A DNA stretch of 64,000 bases from an uncultured virus (IMG/VR IMGVR_UViG_3300037114_000074) (IMGVR_UViG_3300037114_000074); one strand, 5' to 3'; counted from the stretch's first letter, positions 9,840 through 19,504 are shown. Made by a program: numbers and translations. The notes: generated by a model from the letters alone, not told the origin.

Positions 9840-11568
9840 GGGGGGAAGTTCCTCGCCTTACGGCTGTGCGCTCCGAGGCGCGTTCCATTTCTTCAGGGAT
9901 AATCGGCCGGCTGATGCAGCGGCAATTATGCGCTATAATAGCACCGGCAATGTACCACCCACTGGCGGTCTCGAGGTTATACACATGGCCCTCAAACTTC
10001 ATACGTACGACCCTGACGAGTCGCGCGAGCTTCGCCGGCAACACGAAGCCGGTGTATCCGTGCTCTCGCTGGCGAGACAACACGGTATTGCCAGAGGTGC
10101 AATAGTCGCCAGGATCAAGTTCGCCGGCGGCTCCGTGCGAGGTTGCAGCGACGCCATGTTCGTGCGCATGAGTCGCGCTACCAAGGCGGAGCGCAAACGC
10201 CTCGCGCGCGCTGCCAATGCTGCGCGCCGCGGAAGCAAGGCCGGAGAAGCCGAGTTGCTTACGAAAGCTCGCGCGAAGTCTCGGATCGTCGGTAGAGGGG
10301 AGCGCGAACTCCTGGCAGCCCTGCAAACGCACCAACTCCCCACCGAAGGTCAGCGGCCGTGCGGCAAATACAACATCGACATCGCCATCGGCGACTGCGT
10401 CGCCGTGGAAGTCTTCGCTAAAAGTCTTCTTGATCACGCGAAGTTTACGGGCGGCATCGAGCGCGCCAAACACCTCAGAGATAGCGGGTACGCGTTGGTC
10501 TACGTTAAATTCACGCCGCGAGCTGGACGACGAGGACGCAAACTCGCTACTGCAGATCCCCTCATCGGGAACTTGCCACACATAGTCGCCTTCCTGGAGC
10601 GACTTTACGGCGACCCAACCTTGCGGCGTAAGAACTGGATGATTCTGTGTCGCGCGTACCGCTTTACCAGAGTCCGTAACCAGCTCGGTCACCTCACCGC
10701 TGTACCAACGCCGGTACGCTACTCTCACACGATCAGCGAACTGGACCTGTGAGTCTCCCGGAAAGCAGTTGATCGGCGTGCCAGGGAACACCCACTCCTG
10801 GTCCACCTCGCTCCACATGCCCTTGGCGAGGTCGTAGCGTTTGCGCTCCCGCCCCCACCGCACGTGCTCGGGCCGCGGCACCTTGCCGGCGTGGGAGTGG
10901 ATCCAGACGGCCTCCGTCACGCCCAGCTCCTGCCGCCGCGTGTTCTCCAGCACCGCCTTGGCTTTGTTGGTCTGATCGCGGCTGATGATCGCCGCCCGGC
11001 GGTACGTCACGCCGTACCGCTGCCGCAGCCCCTTCGACAGCTCGCGCTGCGCCCCGCCCTTCATCACGGCCGTCGCGACCAGCTTCTCGACCCCGCGGTG
11101 GAACTGCCGCGGGATGCTGCGGATCAGCGCCACGTTATCCGCCACCATCGCCTGGTGCGCGGTCACCATGCCGGCGCTGGGGGCGAAGCGCACGGTGAAC
11201 CCGGCGTCGCGGAGCCGGCGCTTGAAAGCGGCGTCTACGTAGCGGCGCGATCGCCGCACGAACAGCTTCGCCATGTCGGCCGCCATGCGGTCGAACCGCT
11301 CCTCCCACCGCACGCCCCACTCGGCGAACGCCCGGCGCAGCGCCACCTCGGGCGCCTCGTCGAACGCGGCCCCGACCGTTGCCAGCCTCGCACCCTCGGG
11401 GGAGGAGGGGACTGTTACCGGTTCGTCAACGGAAGGGGCCGTCGGATCAAACTTCTTCAGTACCTCCAACATCTCCACCGCCATCGCCCGCGCGAGCTGC
11501 TGCAGCCGGCGCGCGTACCAGGCGCGCACCGCTTGCGATGGGTAGACGGGCTTAAGGGTGGCGGGCAC
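9820..11568 (-). CDS. MuF (phage Mu gpF-like) head morphogenesis protein containing an intein
   Basis: RAAIISRDQT, WIHS..KVPRPEH; PGTPIN|CRC is split by a Hint domain. Confidence 0.9.
   Translation of the reverse strand: MPATLKPVYPSQAVRAWYARRLQQLARAMAVEMLEVLKKFDPTAPSVDEPVTVPSSPEGARLATVGAAFDEAPEVALRRAFAEWGVRWEERFDRMAADMAKLFVRRSRRYVDAAFKRRLRDAGFTVRFAPSAGMVTAHQAMVADNVALIRSIPRQFHRGVEKLVATAVMKGGAQRELSKGLRQRYGVTYRRAAIISRDQTNKAKAVLENTRRQELGVTEAVWIHSHAGKVPRPEHVRWGRERKRYDLAKGMWSEVDQEWVFPGTPINCFPGDSQVQFADRVRVAYRRWYSGEVTELVTDSGKAVRATQNHPVLTPQGWVAVKSLQEGDYVWQVPDEGICSSEFASSSSSSRREFNVDQRVPAISEVFGALDAARKLRVIKKTFSEDFHGDAVADGDVDVVFAARPLTFGGELVRLQGCQEFALPSTDDPRLRASFRKQLGFSGLASAARSIGSAREAFALRLGSATHAHEHGVAATSHGAAGELDPGDYCTSGNTVLSRQREHGYTGFVLPAKLARLVRVVRMKFEGHVYNLETASGWYIAGAIIAHNCRCISRPIIPEEMERASERTAVRRGTSPRVQPSP
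9934..9977 (+). promoter_or_regulatory. Putative -10 box and RBS of the antisense nuclease gene
   Basis: TATAAT at 9934-9939 and GAGGT at 9973-9977, 7 nt before ATG 9985; weak -35 CTGATG at 17-nt spacing. Confidence 0.55.
9985..10752 (+). CDS. HTH + Vsr/DUF559-like endonuclease nested antisense inside the intein
   Basis: 255 aa; HTH SVLSLARQHGIARGAIVARIK; nuclease pattern GERELLAAL..QRPCGKYNIDIAI..VAVEVF..ERAKHLRDSGYALVYV; own RBS. Confidence 0.75.
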   Translation: MALKLHTYDPDESRELRRQHEAGVSVLSLARQHGIARGAIVARIKFAGGSVRGCSDAMFVRMSRATKAERKRLARAANAARRGSKAGEAELLTKARAKSRIVGRGERELLAALQTHQLPTEGQRPCGKYNIDIAIGDCVAVEVFAKSLLDHAKFTGGIERAKHLRDSGYALVYVKFTPRAGRRGRKLATADPLIGNLPHIVAFLERLYGDPTLRRKNWMILCRAYRFTRVRNQLGHLTAVPTPVRYSHTISELDL

Positions 11569-11758
11569 GGGACTTCGGATTCAGGCTCTTGGTGCTCGGG
11601 CACAGCGGCGGCAGCCCAGCCTTCGCCCTCCGCCAGCTGCACAGCGCCCGGGCCGTGGGAGAAGCGTGGCCCCTGCAGTACCGGCGAGCGCGGCCGGCGT
11701 GGCCGTCAGCGGGCCGCGGCTCGACCTCGCACTCGCACTCCGGCTCCAGGCATTTCAT
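11552..11758 (-). CDS. Small Cys-rich hypothetical protein
   Basis: MKCLEPECECEV...YCRGH; ATG overlaps the terminase stop. Confidence 0.45.
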   Translation of the reverse strand: MKCLEPECECEVEPRPADGHAGRARRYCRGHASPTARALCSWRRAKAGLPPLCPSTKSLNPKSRARHP

Positions 11759-12957
11759 CCGAACGAACTCCTGCGGCGCTTGATCACCGGCTCCAGACCG
11801 TAGCGCACCGAGTCCCAGATGTGGTTGTGCCGGTCTTCCGCCTCCGCCATCACGTTGCCTGTAAGGCGGTCCACCTTGAACGAGTAGAGTCGTGCCTCCT
11901 GCTGCGCATGGGTGCAGCGCGGATGAATCACGATGCGCTCGTAACTGCGGATGTGCGCGATGCCGTCCTCGACGCACCCCTTCCACTTCTCGCACGCCCG
12001 CATGCGCGGGTACCCGTGCTGCTGCATGTAGCTGATGGTCTCGGGGCGCGCACTGTCGGCGCGGATGATCTCCTTATCGCTACCGGGGACGAGCTCGAAC
12101 AGCGCCGGAGTCTTGTCAATGTCGCGGCCGATCGCATAGGCCTCGTACTCGATGTAGAGCACGTTCTCGTATACCCACATCTTGACCAAGGCCGTGGGAT
12201 CCTGCGCGAAGCCCCAGTCCCCGCCAAAGTACGGACCGGACCAGTCAGGCTTCGGCTCGAACGCCTCGACACGCCACTTGCCGTGGAACACGACCGCCTC
12301 GCCATGGACCTGGCACTCGCCTTCCCACACATGCGCATAGGCATCCGGGTCTACGCGCAGCAGGTAGTCGCGTTCCGCGGCCAGCTCCGTGGTAAGATGC
12401 GGGTTGTCCCGCCAGCTAATCTTGCGCACCACCGCGTCAGGTGGAGGGTTCCTTACGAACCGCTGGTAGGTCGGGTCCATCTCACGGCGCGGGTTAAACG
12501 TTACCCAGATCTCGGAGCCCGGCTTCCTTATCGTCGGGATGAGGTTCTCCCAACTGTCGTTCGTAAAGGTGTCGCCCTCCTCCACCCAGGCGATATCAAC
12601 GCCCTCGAGACTCTTGATCCCTCGGGGGTTGATGTGAAGACCTCGGAAGATAAACTGCGACCCGCAACGCGTCTCGATCTCCGTCTTCCCTACGTCGTAC
12701 TCGTCGAGTAGCCCGAGGTTGTCGATCTGATCGACCAGCAGTCGGTGCACCGAGTCCGCGATGCTGGCCTGGTACTCGCGAGCGCATAGTATGCGCAGAG
12801 GGTGAATCGCAGCGAGGCCTGTCAGGACGCGAGAGACCGACCAGGACTTAGCGCCTCCGCGACCGCCCCAGGGGACTTTGTATCGGCCAGGACCTAAGAG
12901 GAAGTCGAAGGCCGGGGGGACAAGCTCGAAGTCGCTAGTCCTTAGCTGCGCGTTCAC
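11755..12957 (-). CDS. terL: Terminase large subunit (PBSX family)
   Basis: GGRGGAKS Walker A, CAREYQASIADSV, IAWVEE Walker B, TFNP, GGDWGFAQDPTA, DRHNHIWDSVRY; probable GTG start at 12957. Confidence 0.95.
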   Translation of the reverse strand: MNAQLRTSDFELVPPAFDFLLGPGRYKVPWGGRGGAKSWSVSRVLTGLAAIHPLRILCAREYQASIADSVHRLLVDQIDNLGLLDEYDVGKTEIETRCGSQFIFRGLHINPRGIKSLEGVDIAWVEEGDTFTNDSWENLIPTIRKPGSEIWVTFNPRREMDPTYQRFVRNPPPDAVVRKISWRDNPHLTTELAAERDYLLRVDPDAYAHVWEGECQVHGEAVVFHGKWRVEAFEPKPDWSGPYFGGDWGFAQDPTALVKMWVYENVLYIEYEAYAIGRDIDKTPALFELVPGSDKEIIRADSARPETISYMQQHGYPRMRACEKWKGCVEDGIAHIRSYERIVIHPRCTHAQQEARLYSFKVDRLTGNVMAEAEDRHNHIWDSVRYGLEPVIKRRRSSFG

Positions 12958-13309
12958 CGGCCACCGCCCGCGCCAGCATATTGGCGAGCGCCCCCTTGAC
13001 GCCCCCGAGCCCCGGCGTGTCGTCGCGCGTGGCGATCGGCCCGCCGTCAGGCCCGGAGACTTCACTACGTGAGAGCACGGGAATCGAGCGCTCGAGCAGG
13101 AGCTCCGCACCCTTCAGTTGATCGCGGGTGAGAACGATCTTGCGCTTGGTCTGCGGCAGCTTCTCTCCCAGCACAAAGGCCTCGAGCCGGTTGATCAGCG
13201 ACGTAGCGCGGATCTTCTCGCACGTCGACTCAGCCTGGCGCTTGTTGAGGCGCACGCCAGTCGGTCGGCCGGTGCGAGGTTTGCGTCCGCGGGGTGATTT
13301 GCGAGACAT
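12935..13309 (-). CDS. Probable terminase small subunit
   Basis: Immediately upstream of terL; EVSGPDGGPI C-terminal motif typical of TerS. Confidence 0.7.
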   Translation of the reverse strand: MSRKSPRGRKPRTGRPTGVRLNKRQAESTCEKIRATSLINRLEAFVLGEKLPQTKRKIVLTRDQLKGAELLLERSIPVLSRSEVSGPDGGPIATRDDTPGLGGVKGALANMLARAVAGERAAKD

Positions 13310-13675
13310 AGTAAGTTGATTCGGAACAGATCCGGGGTTCTGACTATCGGACGCTAGGCACCTTACGCTACTTAAATGCGGTCATTAAATCGAATCGCCG
13401 CGCATTCGGACTAACCGATTGATCGGTAACCTCGAATGGGTCGAAAATTTTTTCTCAAGAGCCAAACGAACTAAGGCAGATCTCCCCAGGTTTTCTGCTC
13501 GATACGCCAGGGACACCGCATTCCCCGGGCGCATGATTCAGCTGCTGTTTGTAGGAAGAATCGTCGCGCCCGTTCGATATGAGGGGAGAACTTACCATCG
13601 CGGGTGAAGTAGACTGGATTAGAAATAGTCCCGGTGGCAATCACAAAGGTGGGGGTCATTGAGTCAGGAGAAGAG

Positions 13676-14245
13676 TCATACATTGAGCAGAGCTCTCAGG
13701 GTCCACCTCGCACGATCAAGGTCGCGGCGGAAAGACTCTGACCCAGTAGTCCACGAGGCCGTCCTCACATGCTGCGGGCGTGTGCGAGCAAGAAAGCGTG
13801 CGAGCTGTTCGTAGATTTTCGAGCGCCGTTCGCAGGGGAGTGACATATGAAAGTAGTTCGCCATTACAGCTGCTATGTGTCGCGTCGGCAGATGTGAGAT
13901 TGCTGCATCAGCTGCGGCGACATTCTCAGGCCAAACCGGAAGGGGGATCTTACCCCCGCCCTTATCAGGGATGCCCCCCTCAGTCATTCGTTCAGTAACC
14001 CAGCGGGTGGGAAACCCTGTAGAGAAAGTAGGTTTAGCCCAGGGTGCCCAGATCTGCAGCTCGAGATCGAGTCGTATCAGCAGGGGGTGGAGCTTGCGGT
14101 GGGCGCAGAGGTTTGTCTCGAATCGATCCTCGTCGGGCGTCGTTTGCAGTTCAGCCATCTGGGCAGAGACCGAGTAGATGCGAGGAGGTGGAGGCAACTG
14201 CGCTGCGAGGTGGGTGATATCGACATTCCTAAGTCGCAGTGCCAT
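13676..14245 (-). CDS. Putative Q-like antiterminator/late transcription regulator
   Basis: LELQIWAPWAK...ADAAISHL...VMANY...RRDLDRARW resembles the Q family; located upstream of the late operon. Confidence 0.45.
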   Translation of the reverse strand: MALRLRNVDITHLAAQLPPPPRIYSVSAQMAELQTTPDEDRFETNLCAHRKLHPLLIRLDLELQIWAPWAKPTFSTGFPTRWVTERMTEGGIPDKGGGKIPLPVWPENVAAADAAISHLPTRHIAAVMANYFHMSLPCERRSKIYEQLARFLARTRPQHVRTASWTTGSESFRRDLDRARWTLRALLNV

Positions 14246-14324
14246 CGTTAGCCCCCTAGACCCAGAGAAATCGCGCCAAGGCCATCCTACGTCACTGGTG
14301 GTACTGAATTTGAGCTATTTTCTC

Positions 14325-14602
14325 GGGTGTATCGGGTGTACTACAAGAAGTACACCCCAAAAGCTCAAAATAAGCCGGCTGTTTACCTGAAAGTACGTAC
14401 TGGGTGTACGGGTGTACTGGGTGTATAATATATTACTCCGTATCCCTTTTACCCCACATTCATTCTCTCTTTCTGCGTCTGTCTGCGTCTGTTTTTAGAC
14501 ACCCAGTACACCCGTACACCCGGAGAGAGTTTTACAAGCAAATTACCGGCGTTTTTGGCGATTTCAGTGTGGGTACACCCAGCATACACCCCGCATACAC
14601 CC
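14325..14602. repeat. GGGTGTA iteron array, candidate replication origin
   Basis: GGGTGTA at 14325, 14334, 14402, 14410, 14419; reverse TACACCC at 14351, 14507, 14515, 14574, 14585, 14596; perfect 23-bp inverted repeat 14402-14424/14499-14521. Confidence 0.8.
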
Positions 14603-14606
14603 GGCG

Positions 14607-16733
14607 TCAGGGACAGCGATAGACGTGGGTCCCGCCGCTTGTGCCTTCGACGATTACTTCGCCTTCGAGGAGCACTTTTATCACGTCGTCGATGTCGCGA
14701 CGGCGATCGAACTTGACCATTCGATAGAGTACGCCGCGCGGCATTAGGCCCTTTAGCATCAGGGCTTTCTCTTTCGGGCGATCTGCTTTGGCGCGCGTGA
14801 CATACTTCTTCGGGTCCCCGACAGCGGCCTCGACCATGCGTGTCAGTCGCTCGTTGCGATCCCCGCTGGCCGAAACGCCTCCTAAACGACTAATCCAGGA
14901 TTCGACTGAGCGGGTAGAGAATTCAATCGCAAAGTCAGCCATTTCGGCGACGATTCGCGGGTGCTGTACGTCGCGCCCGATCGCGAGTAGTCCCGCAATA
15001 ATTAGCGCGTTTTGGTTCGCACGATTCCACAGCTCGGCATGCTCGGTCTGATCCATGCGCTTGCGGGCGGACTCGGCGAACTCGCGAAAGCGATGGAACA
15101 GTGACGGGGGGTCGAACTGTACATCGACGAAGCCGTGCCCGTTCAACTGCACATCTCGAAACGAACGGACGTGCTTATCTATCTTGGCCGGAAAGATATC
15201 CGTGCGCTCGTGGTTTAGAGGCTTCAGCTCGTCGCCGCAGTCGAGGAGGAGAAAGCGCGCGAGCAGACCTGTCGCGAGGTCTGCCGACGTGATTGCCTCG
15301 ATCATTTGGTCAGGCTGAGCAGTGGCCATCGTAATCAGAAATGGGCGGTCTATAGCGACGATCGCTTGGCCGCGGCCGGGCATTCCCGCGATGCCACTGT
15401 GGGCTTTCCCGTACATCTCGAGTAAGTGCGTCAGGATTTGATAGTCCTGAGAGCCTGTCGCTTTACCTGCACTCTTCAGCTTGCGGGCGGCTTCGTCCCA
15501 TAGCCAGCAGGCGATCGAGGGCTCGGTGACCAACGAGTCGAGCATCGCATGATAGGACTGAAATCCCCTGAATAGGTGATCACGCAGTTCGAAGCGGCGT
15601 GCAAACTCACCAATAGTCGAATGGGTCGAGTCTTTGCCCCCACCCGTAGGGGCGAGCACCATCAGATACGGCTGCAGTGGGGTCTTCCATGCGTCAATCA
15701 AGTAGCGATTGCCCGAAGCCAGGGCTGTACACATCAGGCCCGTTGCGAGATCAAACTGAGCGCCCTTCACGTATGCGCGTCGCGCTGCCCAAGCAGCGAT
15801 GTCAGCAACGAGGCCCTCGGGGAGCTTCTGGTCAGACTTCGCTTTATCCTCGCCATTAGGTTTTGATTTAACAGTAATGACCGGCATCTCGCGCAGAGTA
15901 GTTCCGATCAGAAAGCCTCGGATACGCTCGATCTGTTTCTCGCCGAGCCAATCCTTTAAGGTGTTCCAGCCGCGGGTGTGCCCCCCAGCTTCAGCGCGTG
16001 TGATCGTATTCAGTACCGTACGCACGCGCTGGTTGCGGTCGTCCTCTTTCTCGTCAGAGGCGATCGTCAGCACAGGTAAGATTATCGATTTGATCGCAGT
16101 GGCATCGTATCCGTCGCGGTAGAGAGCCCCGGCTACGGCATGGACGTAGTCGTGGCGGCCTGAGCCTGACGGGTACGCGCGCGCGAGGAGTGCGATCCCC
16201 GCGAGCTTACCGCATCGAACGCGCAGGTCCTTCCAATCGATCTCGGTAAACTCATCGGCTTCGTGATCGAAGCGGTAGAGATCCCCATCGGGGTGAATCG
16301 ATCCAACCCAAACGCTTTGGAGTAGCGTCGAGCGAATTTCGACGATCATCTTGCCATCGTCGTCGAGCCATTTGGTCGATTCGGCGTCCTCGCAGCGGTA
16401 TAGGAAGTGCGAGCTCGGGCGATTCGCGCGCCCATAGACGATCGTTTCGGGCAGTAGCTTTGGGCCAGCCTTTACGACTTCGTCGCAGTCTAGATCTACG
16501 TCGATAATTCCACCTGAGGGCTTGCCCCATAGGATACCGACGTTCTGACCACTAGAGAAGTAGTCGTCGACTTGATCCTCGCGGATGATTTTCTTATTCC
16601 ACCCTGGACCACCTGCCGGGCGCTTTGATCTCGAGTGAAGGGGGACAGGCTGCAATCCGAGTTGAAAAGCTGCTTGAGCGATTGCTCGAGCGTCAGTTTT
16701 ACTCGCGGGCCGCTCCGTTATATGATCAGCCAT
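14607..16733 (-). CDS. Bifunctional primase/polymerase (Prim-Pol) fused to a DUF3987-like P-loop helicase domain
   Basis: PVPL..SKRP..GW, NVGILWG, IIDVDLD, SHFLY, SIHPDG; Walker A APTGGGKDS, Walker B WLWDE, GLLARFL. Confidence 0.85.
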   Translation of the reverse strand: MADHITERPASKTDARAIAQAAFQLGLQPVPLHSRSKRPAGGPGWNKKIIREDQVDDYFSSGQNVGILWGKPSGGIIDVDLDCDEVVKAGPKLLPETIVYGRANRPSSHFLYRCEDAESTKWLDDDGKMIVEIRSTLLQSVWVGSIHPDGDLYRFDHEADEFTEIDWKDLRVRCGKLAGIALLARAYPSGSGRHDYVHAVAGALYRDGYDATAIKSIILPVLTIASDEKEDDRNQRVRTVLNTITRAEAGGHTRGWNTLKDWLGEKQIERIRGFLIGTTLREMPVITVKSKPNGEDKAKSDQKLPEGLVADIAAWAARRAYVKGAQFDLATGLMCTALASGNRYLIDAWKTPLQPYLMVLAPTGGGKDSTHSTIGEFARRFELRDHLFRGFQSYHAMLDSLVTEPSIACWLWDEAARKLKSAGKATGSQDYQILTHLLEMYGKAHSGIAGMPGRGQAIVAIDRPFLITMATAQPDQMIEAITSADLATGLLARFLLLDCGDELKPLNHERTDIFPAKIDKHVRSFRDVQLNGHGFVDVQFDPPSLFHRFREFAESARKRMDQTEHAELWNRANQNALIIAGLLAIGRDVQHPRIVAEMADFAIEFSTRSVESWISRLGGVSASGDRNERLTRMVEAAVGDPKKYVTRAKADRPKEKALMLKGLMPRGVLYRMVKFDRRRDIDDVIKVLLEGEVIVEGTSGGTHVYRCP

Positions 16734-16808
16734 GTGATACCTGCAAAGGTGTCTATGTTAGGTTCCCCGTCATTTGGTCATTTCGGGAAATCATTCGGGC
16801 GCGTCTCA

Positions 16809-17036
16809 TCAATGCGCCCTCTTTTTTGGTCTCCCTTGCGCAATGCGCTTTGTCTTAAACGCTTTCAGCACACGTGCGACTGCGCGGGCCTCGATCAGGA
16901 CAGTCCAACCCGAGCGCGCCACTGGAATACGGAGTTTCTTTACGGCTCGACGAAATCGCTGCCCTGAGACCTTAGCCCGACGGGCGGCCTCACCGATGTT
17001 GATCATCGAGCTCGTACGCTCAACATACCTTTCCAT
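16809..17036 (-). CDS. Small basic HTH DNA-binding protein
   Basis: INIGEAARRAKVSGQRFRRAVK; AAGAGG RBS before ATG 17036. Confidence 0.6.
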   Translation of the reverse strand: MERYVERTSSMINIGEAARRAKVSGQRFRRAVKKLRIPVARSGWTVLIEARAVARVLKAFKTKRIAQGRPKKRAH

Positions 17037-17122
17037 TGAATATTCCTCTTTACTGCTGACTCGGATGCGCCTAGGATCGAGCCATCGATCGTACGCCGAA
17101 TGCGTCAAAAGAGGAAAACTGA

Positions 17123-17617
17123 ATGTTAGTCGTAGTCGAGGGAGTCGACGGGTCGGGTAAATCGACCCTCGTGCAGACGCTGAGAAAGCAACCGGGACAA
17201 TATTGTATGATCATCCAGGCCTCGAGGCCTCGGGGTATCGGGGATTTAGAGAACTTCTTCGACGCGACCGCATCTCTCAAGAATCAGATCGACGGGACTG
17301 TGATCTGCGATCGATTCCATCCAATCAGCGAGTGCGTCTATGGCTCAGTCCTGCGGGGCAGGTCGACACCCCTGAGTGAGGTGGTGAAGTACCTCATACA
17401 CGTCGATCTGATCATATACTGCCGATCTTCCCTCGAGACGATACGAGTCAACCTACCAAAGAGTCCTCAGATGTTGGGAGTGTTTGAAAACCTCGTCAAG
17501 TTGACCGAGGCCTATGATTTGCTGATGAGGCATTTAAGACTCGTCCGACCTATCATAGAGTACGATTACACAACGAACTCAATCTCCGAGGTTACGAAGA
17601 TCATCTATGGAAACTAA
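17123..17617 (+). CDS. dNMP (thymidylate-like) kinase
   Basis: VVEGVDGSGKST P-loop and ICDRF..SECVYG. Confidence 0.85.
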   Translation: MLVVVEGVDGSGKSTLVQTLRKQPGQYCMIIQASRPRGIGDLENFFDATASLKNQIDGTVICDRFHPISECVYGSVLRGRSTPLSEVVKYLIHVDLIIYCRSSLETIRVNLPKSPQMLGVFENLVKLTEAYDLLMRHLRLVRPIIEYDYTTNSISEVTKIIYGN

Positions 17618-18334
17618 GAAGCATACCGAGTGGGACGAGCTGTATACCCTTGTCAGGGGGTACGCCGACGCGTCTCGCGCGGACGAGGTGAAGGGTGGCG
17701 GCGATTCGACCGACATCGATGTGATCGAAGCTCAACTAGACCTGGCGCACGCCCAGCTCGTCCGCCTGCATCGAACGGGTGAAGCGAGAATACGCATGAG
17801 CATACTTCGCCGTTGGCTGTGCGTCCGGCGCTGGCGCCGCGATCGCCTCTGGCTAAAGCGCGGCCCGCACCATAGCTGCGAGCGCAATAAGACCCAGGCG
17901 GTGACGCCGTGACCAACAAAGGCGCCCCACGCCAGCCCGCCCGCGGCCGCGCGCCAGGGGACAATATAAGGGAGTCCGCGGACTTCGCCGCCCGGGTGCG
18001 GAAGAACCGCGCGCGGGCGAAGCTCGCTCGCGCTGCGCGCAGGAAGAACAGGCGATGAGATTGCAATCGCTGTCACGCCACAAAGGGCGCTTCGCTTCGT
18101 CGTTCAAGCCGAAGGCTGCGGAGGAGCCGGCGGTCGACCCCGTGGCGTACGCCTGGCGCCGCGTGAACCCACGAGTGCCGCTGCCGCCCCCGCTGCGCGT
18201 GGACGGCGGCGGGAGCTTAGGAAGGGGCGCGCCGTGATCCTGAAACTCGTCCTGTGTTGCTCCGTGGCGGGGCTGCTTGTGCACCTCGCGGTGACCACGC
18301 GGCTCGCCCTCACGCTGTTCCGTCGGCCGCGCGC

Positions 18335-18424
18335 ATGACCCACAGGCAGCGCGTCTGGCTCGGCATCCTGGGGCTCGCGCTGGCGGCGGCGATGGTCGCA
18401 GCGTGCGTCGTGTGGCAGCCATGA
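18335..18424 (+). CDS. 29-aa membrane peptide, copy 1
   Basis: MTHRQRVWLGILGLALAAAMVAACVVWQP; paralogue at 19505. Confidence 0.6.
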   Translation: MTHRQRVWLGILGLALAAAMVAACVVWQP

Positions 18425-19504
18425 AGCCAATCTGCGTTCCGTGTCAGCGCTTCTACAGTCCGCTCAAAAACGGGTTTGAATTTATCGAGTCCCGCCCTAT
18501 TTCAACCCACGCACCGTTGCTAGAGGATGAAACTCAAATGAACGACCTTCTCTACAGTACGTTAAAGCTCGCGTCTGATGCGTCTGCGTCCGCCTACGAG
18601 GCAGGCCACGACGAAGGCTATAGGCTCGGATTCAAGGAAGGTATCGCGGCTGCACTTTTCCCAAGCGGGAAGATTGACTGGTCATGGGAACCGCAATGAA
18701 ACCGACTTCTCACGACTGGACCGGCCCTTCGCGCGTCATTCGCTATGTTCATTGCAAACGCTGCGAAAAGATTTTCGAGATTGGGAAGGCAAAAGGTGTG
18801 TGCCAGGGAGTAAGAGACATGAGCAAGCACGAACAGTCGGCCAACGCTCGGCTGATCGCGGCCGCTCCCGACCTGCTGGCCGCGCTGCGGAACTGCTGCG
18901 CCGCTATCAAGCACGCGGTCAGCCATGACGGCGAACCGACGGCCGATGAAACGATAGACTTAGCTATCGCGCTGGCAGAAGGCCGCGTTGCCATCGCCAA
19001 GGCCACGCAGTCATGAACTGCAAAAACCAGGCCCGTTGGACTGATTGGGTTTCCCTTTGCTTCATGCGCGTGGTGGGACTGGTTGCGATTGCGCTGCTGG
19101 CCCCACTGGCCCTGATCTACGCAGCCTTCGACCGCGTTACGCAGCGCGGGGTTCTGCCATGAGCAAGCTCGCCACGCTCGCCGGACTTCTCGTGCTGCTA
19201 GTGCCTGCTGCGGGCATCGTAGCTGGCATCGTCATGCTCATCGTCGCGTTCCACTGGTGGGGCGCGCTCATGGCGCTTGCGCTGTTGGTCTTTAGCTTTC
19301 GCGCTATAGAGGCATGGGTGCGCACGTGGCAGCCGTGAAACACATTCACTCATGGGACTGTCGCGGTGGGGTGTACGGGTGTCACCTGGAAGGGGAGTAC
19401 CCGCAGGACAGACGCCGAGCCTCGCGCTACACCATGCGCCTGATAGTCGCGGTAGGGCTGGCAGTCGTTGTGCTCACGGCCCTGGTGGGATTGGCGGTGA
19501 CGCC

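Larger units (their letters stand above)
9925..10767 (-). mobile_element. Intein (281 aa) in MuF
   Basis: Starts CFPGDSQV; block B VRATQNHPVLT; block F/G VYNLET...IIAHN followed by Cys+1; excision restores the MuF motif INCRC. Confidence 0.9.

Noticed and set aside
9490..9984. 5' extension of the antisense nuclease ORF (420 aa in the ORF track)
   Set aside because: It is a shadow of the portal and MuF genes; the RBS and protein-like sequence begin at 9985
10864..12711. Long plus-strand ORFs opposite structural genes (also 475-1623, 6006-7403, 55282-56943)
   Set aside because: GC-rich antisense shadows with no RBS or recognisable motifs, unlike 9985-10752
14325..14602. CRISPR array
   Set aside because: Repeats are 7 bp, in both orientations, with irregular spacing and no cas operon
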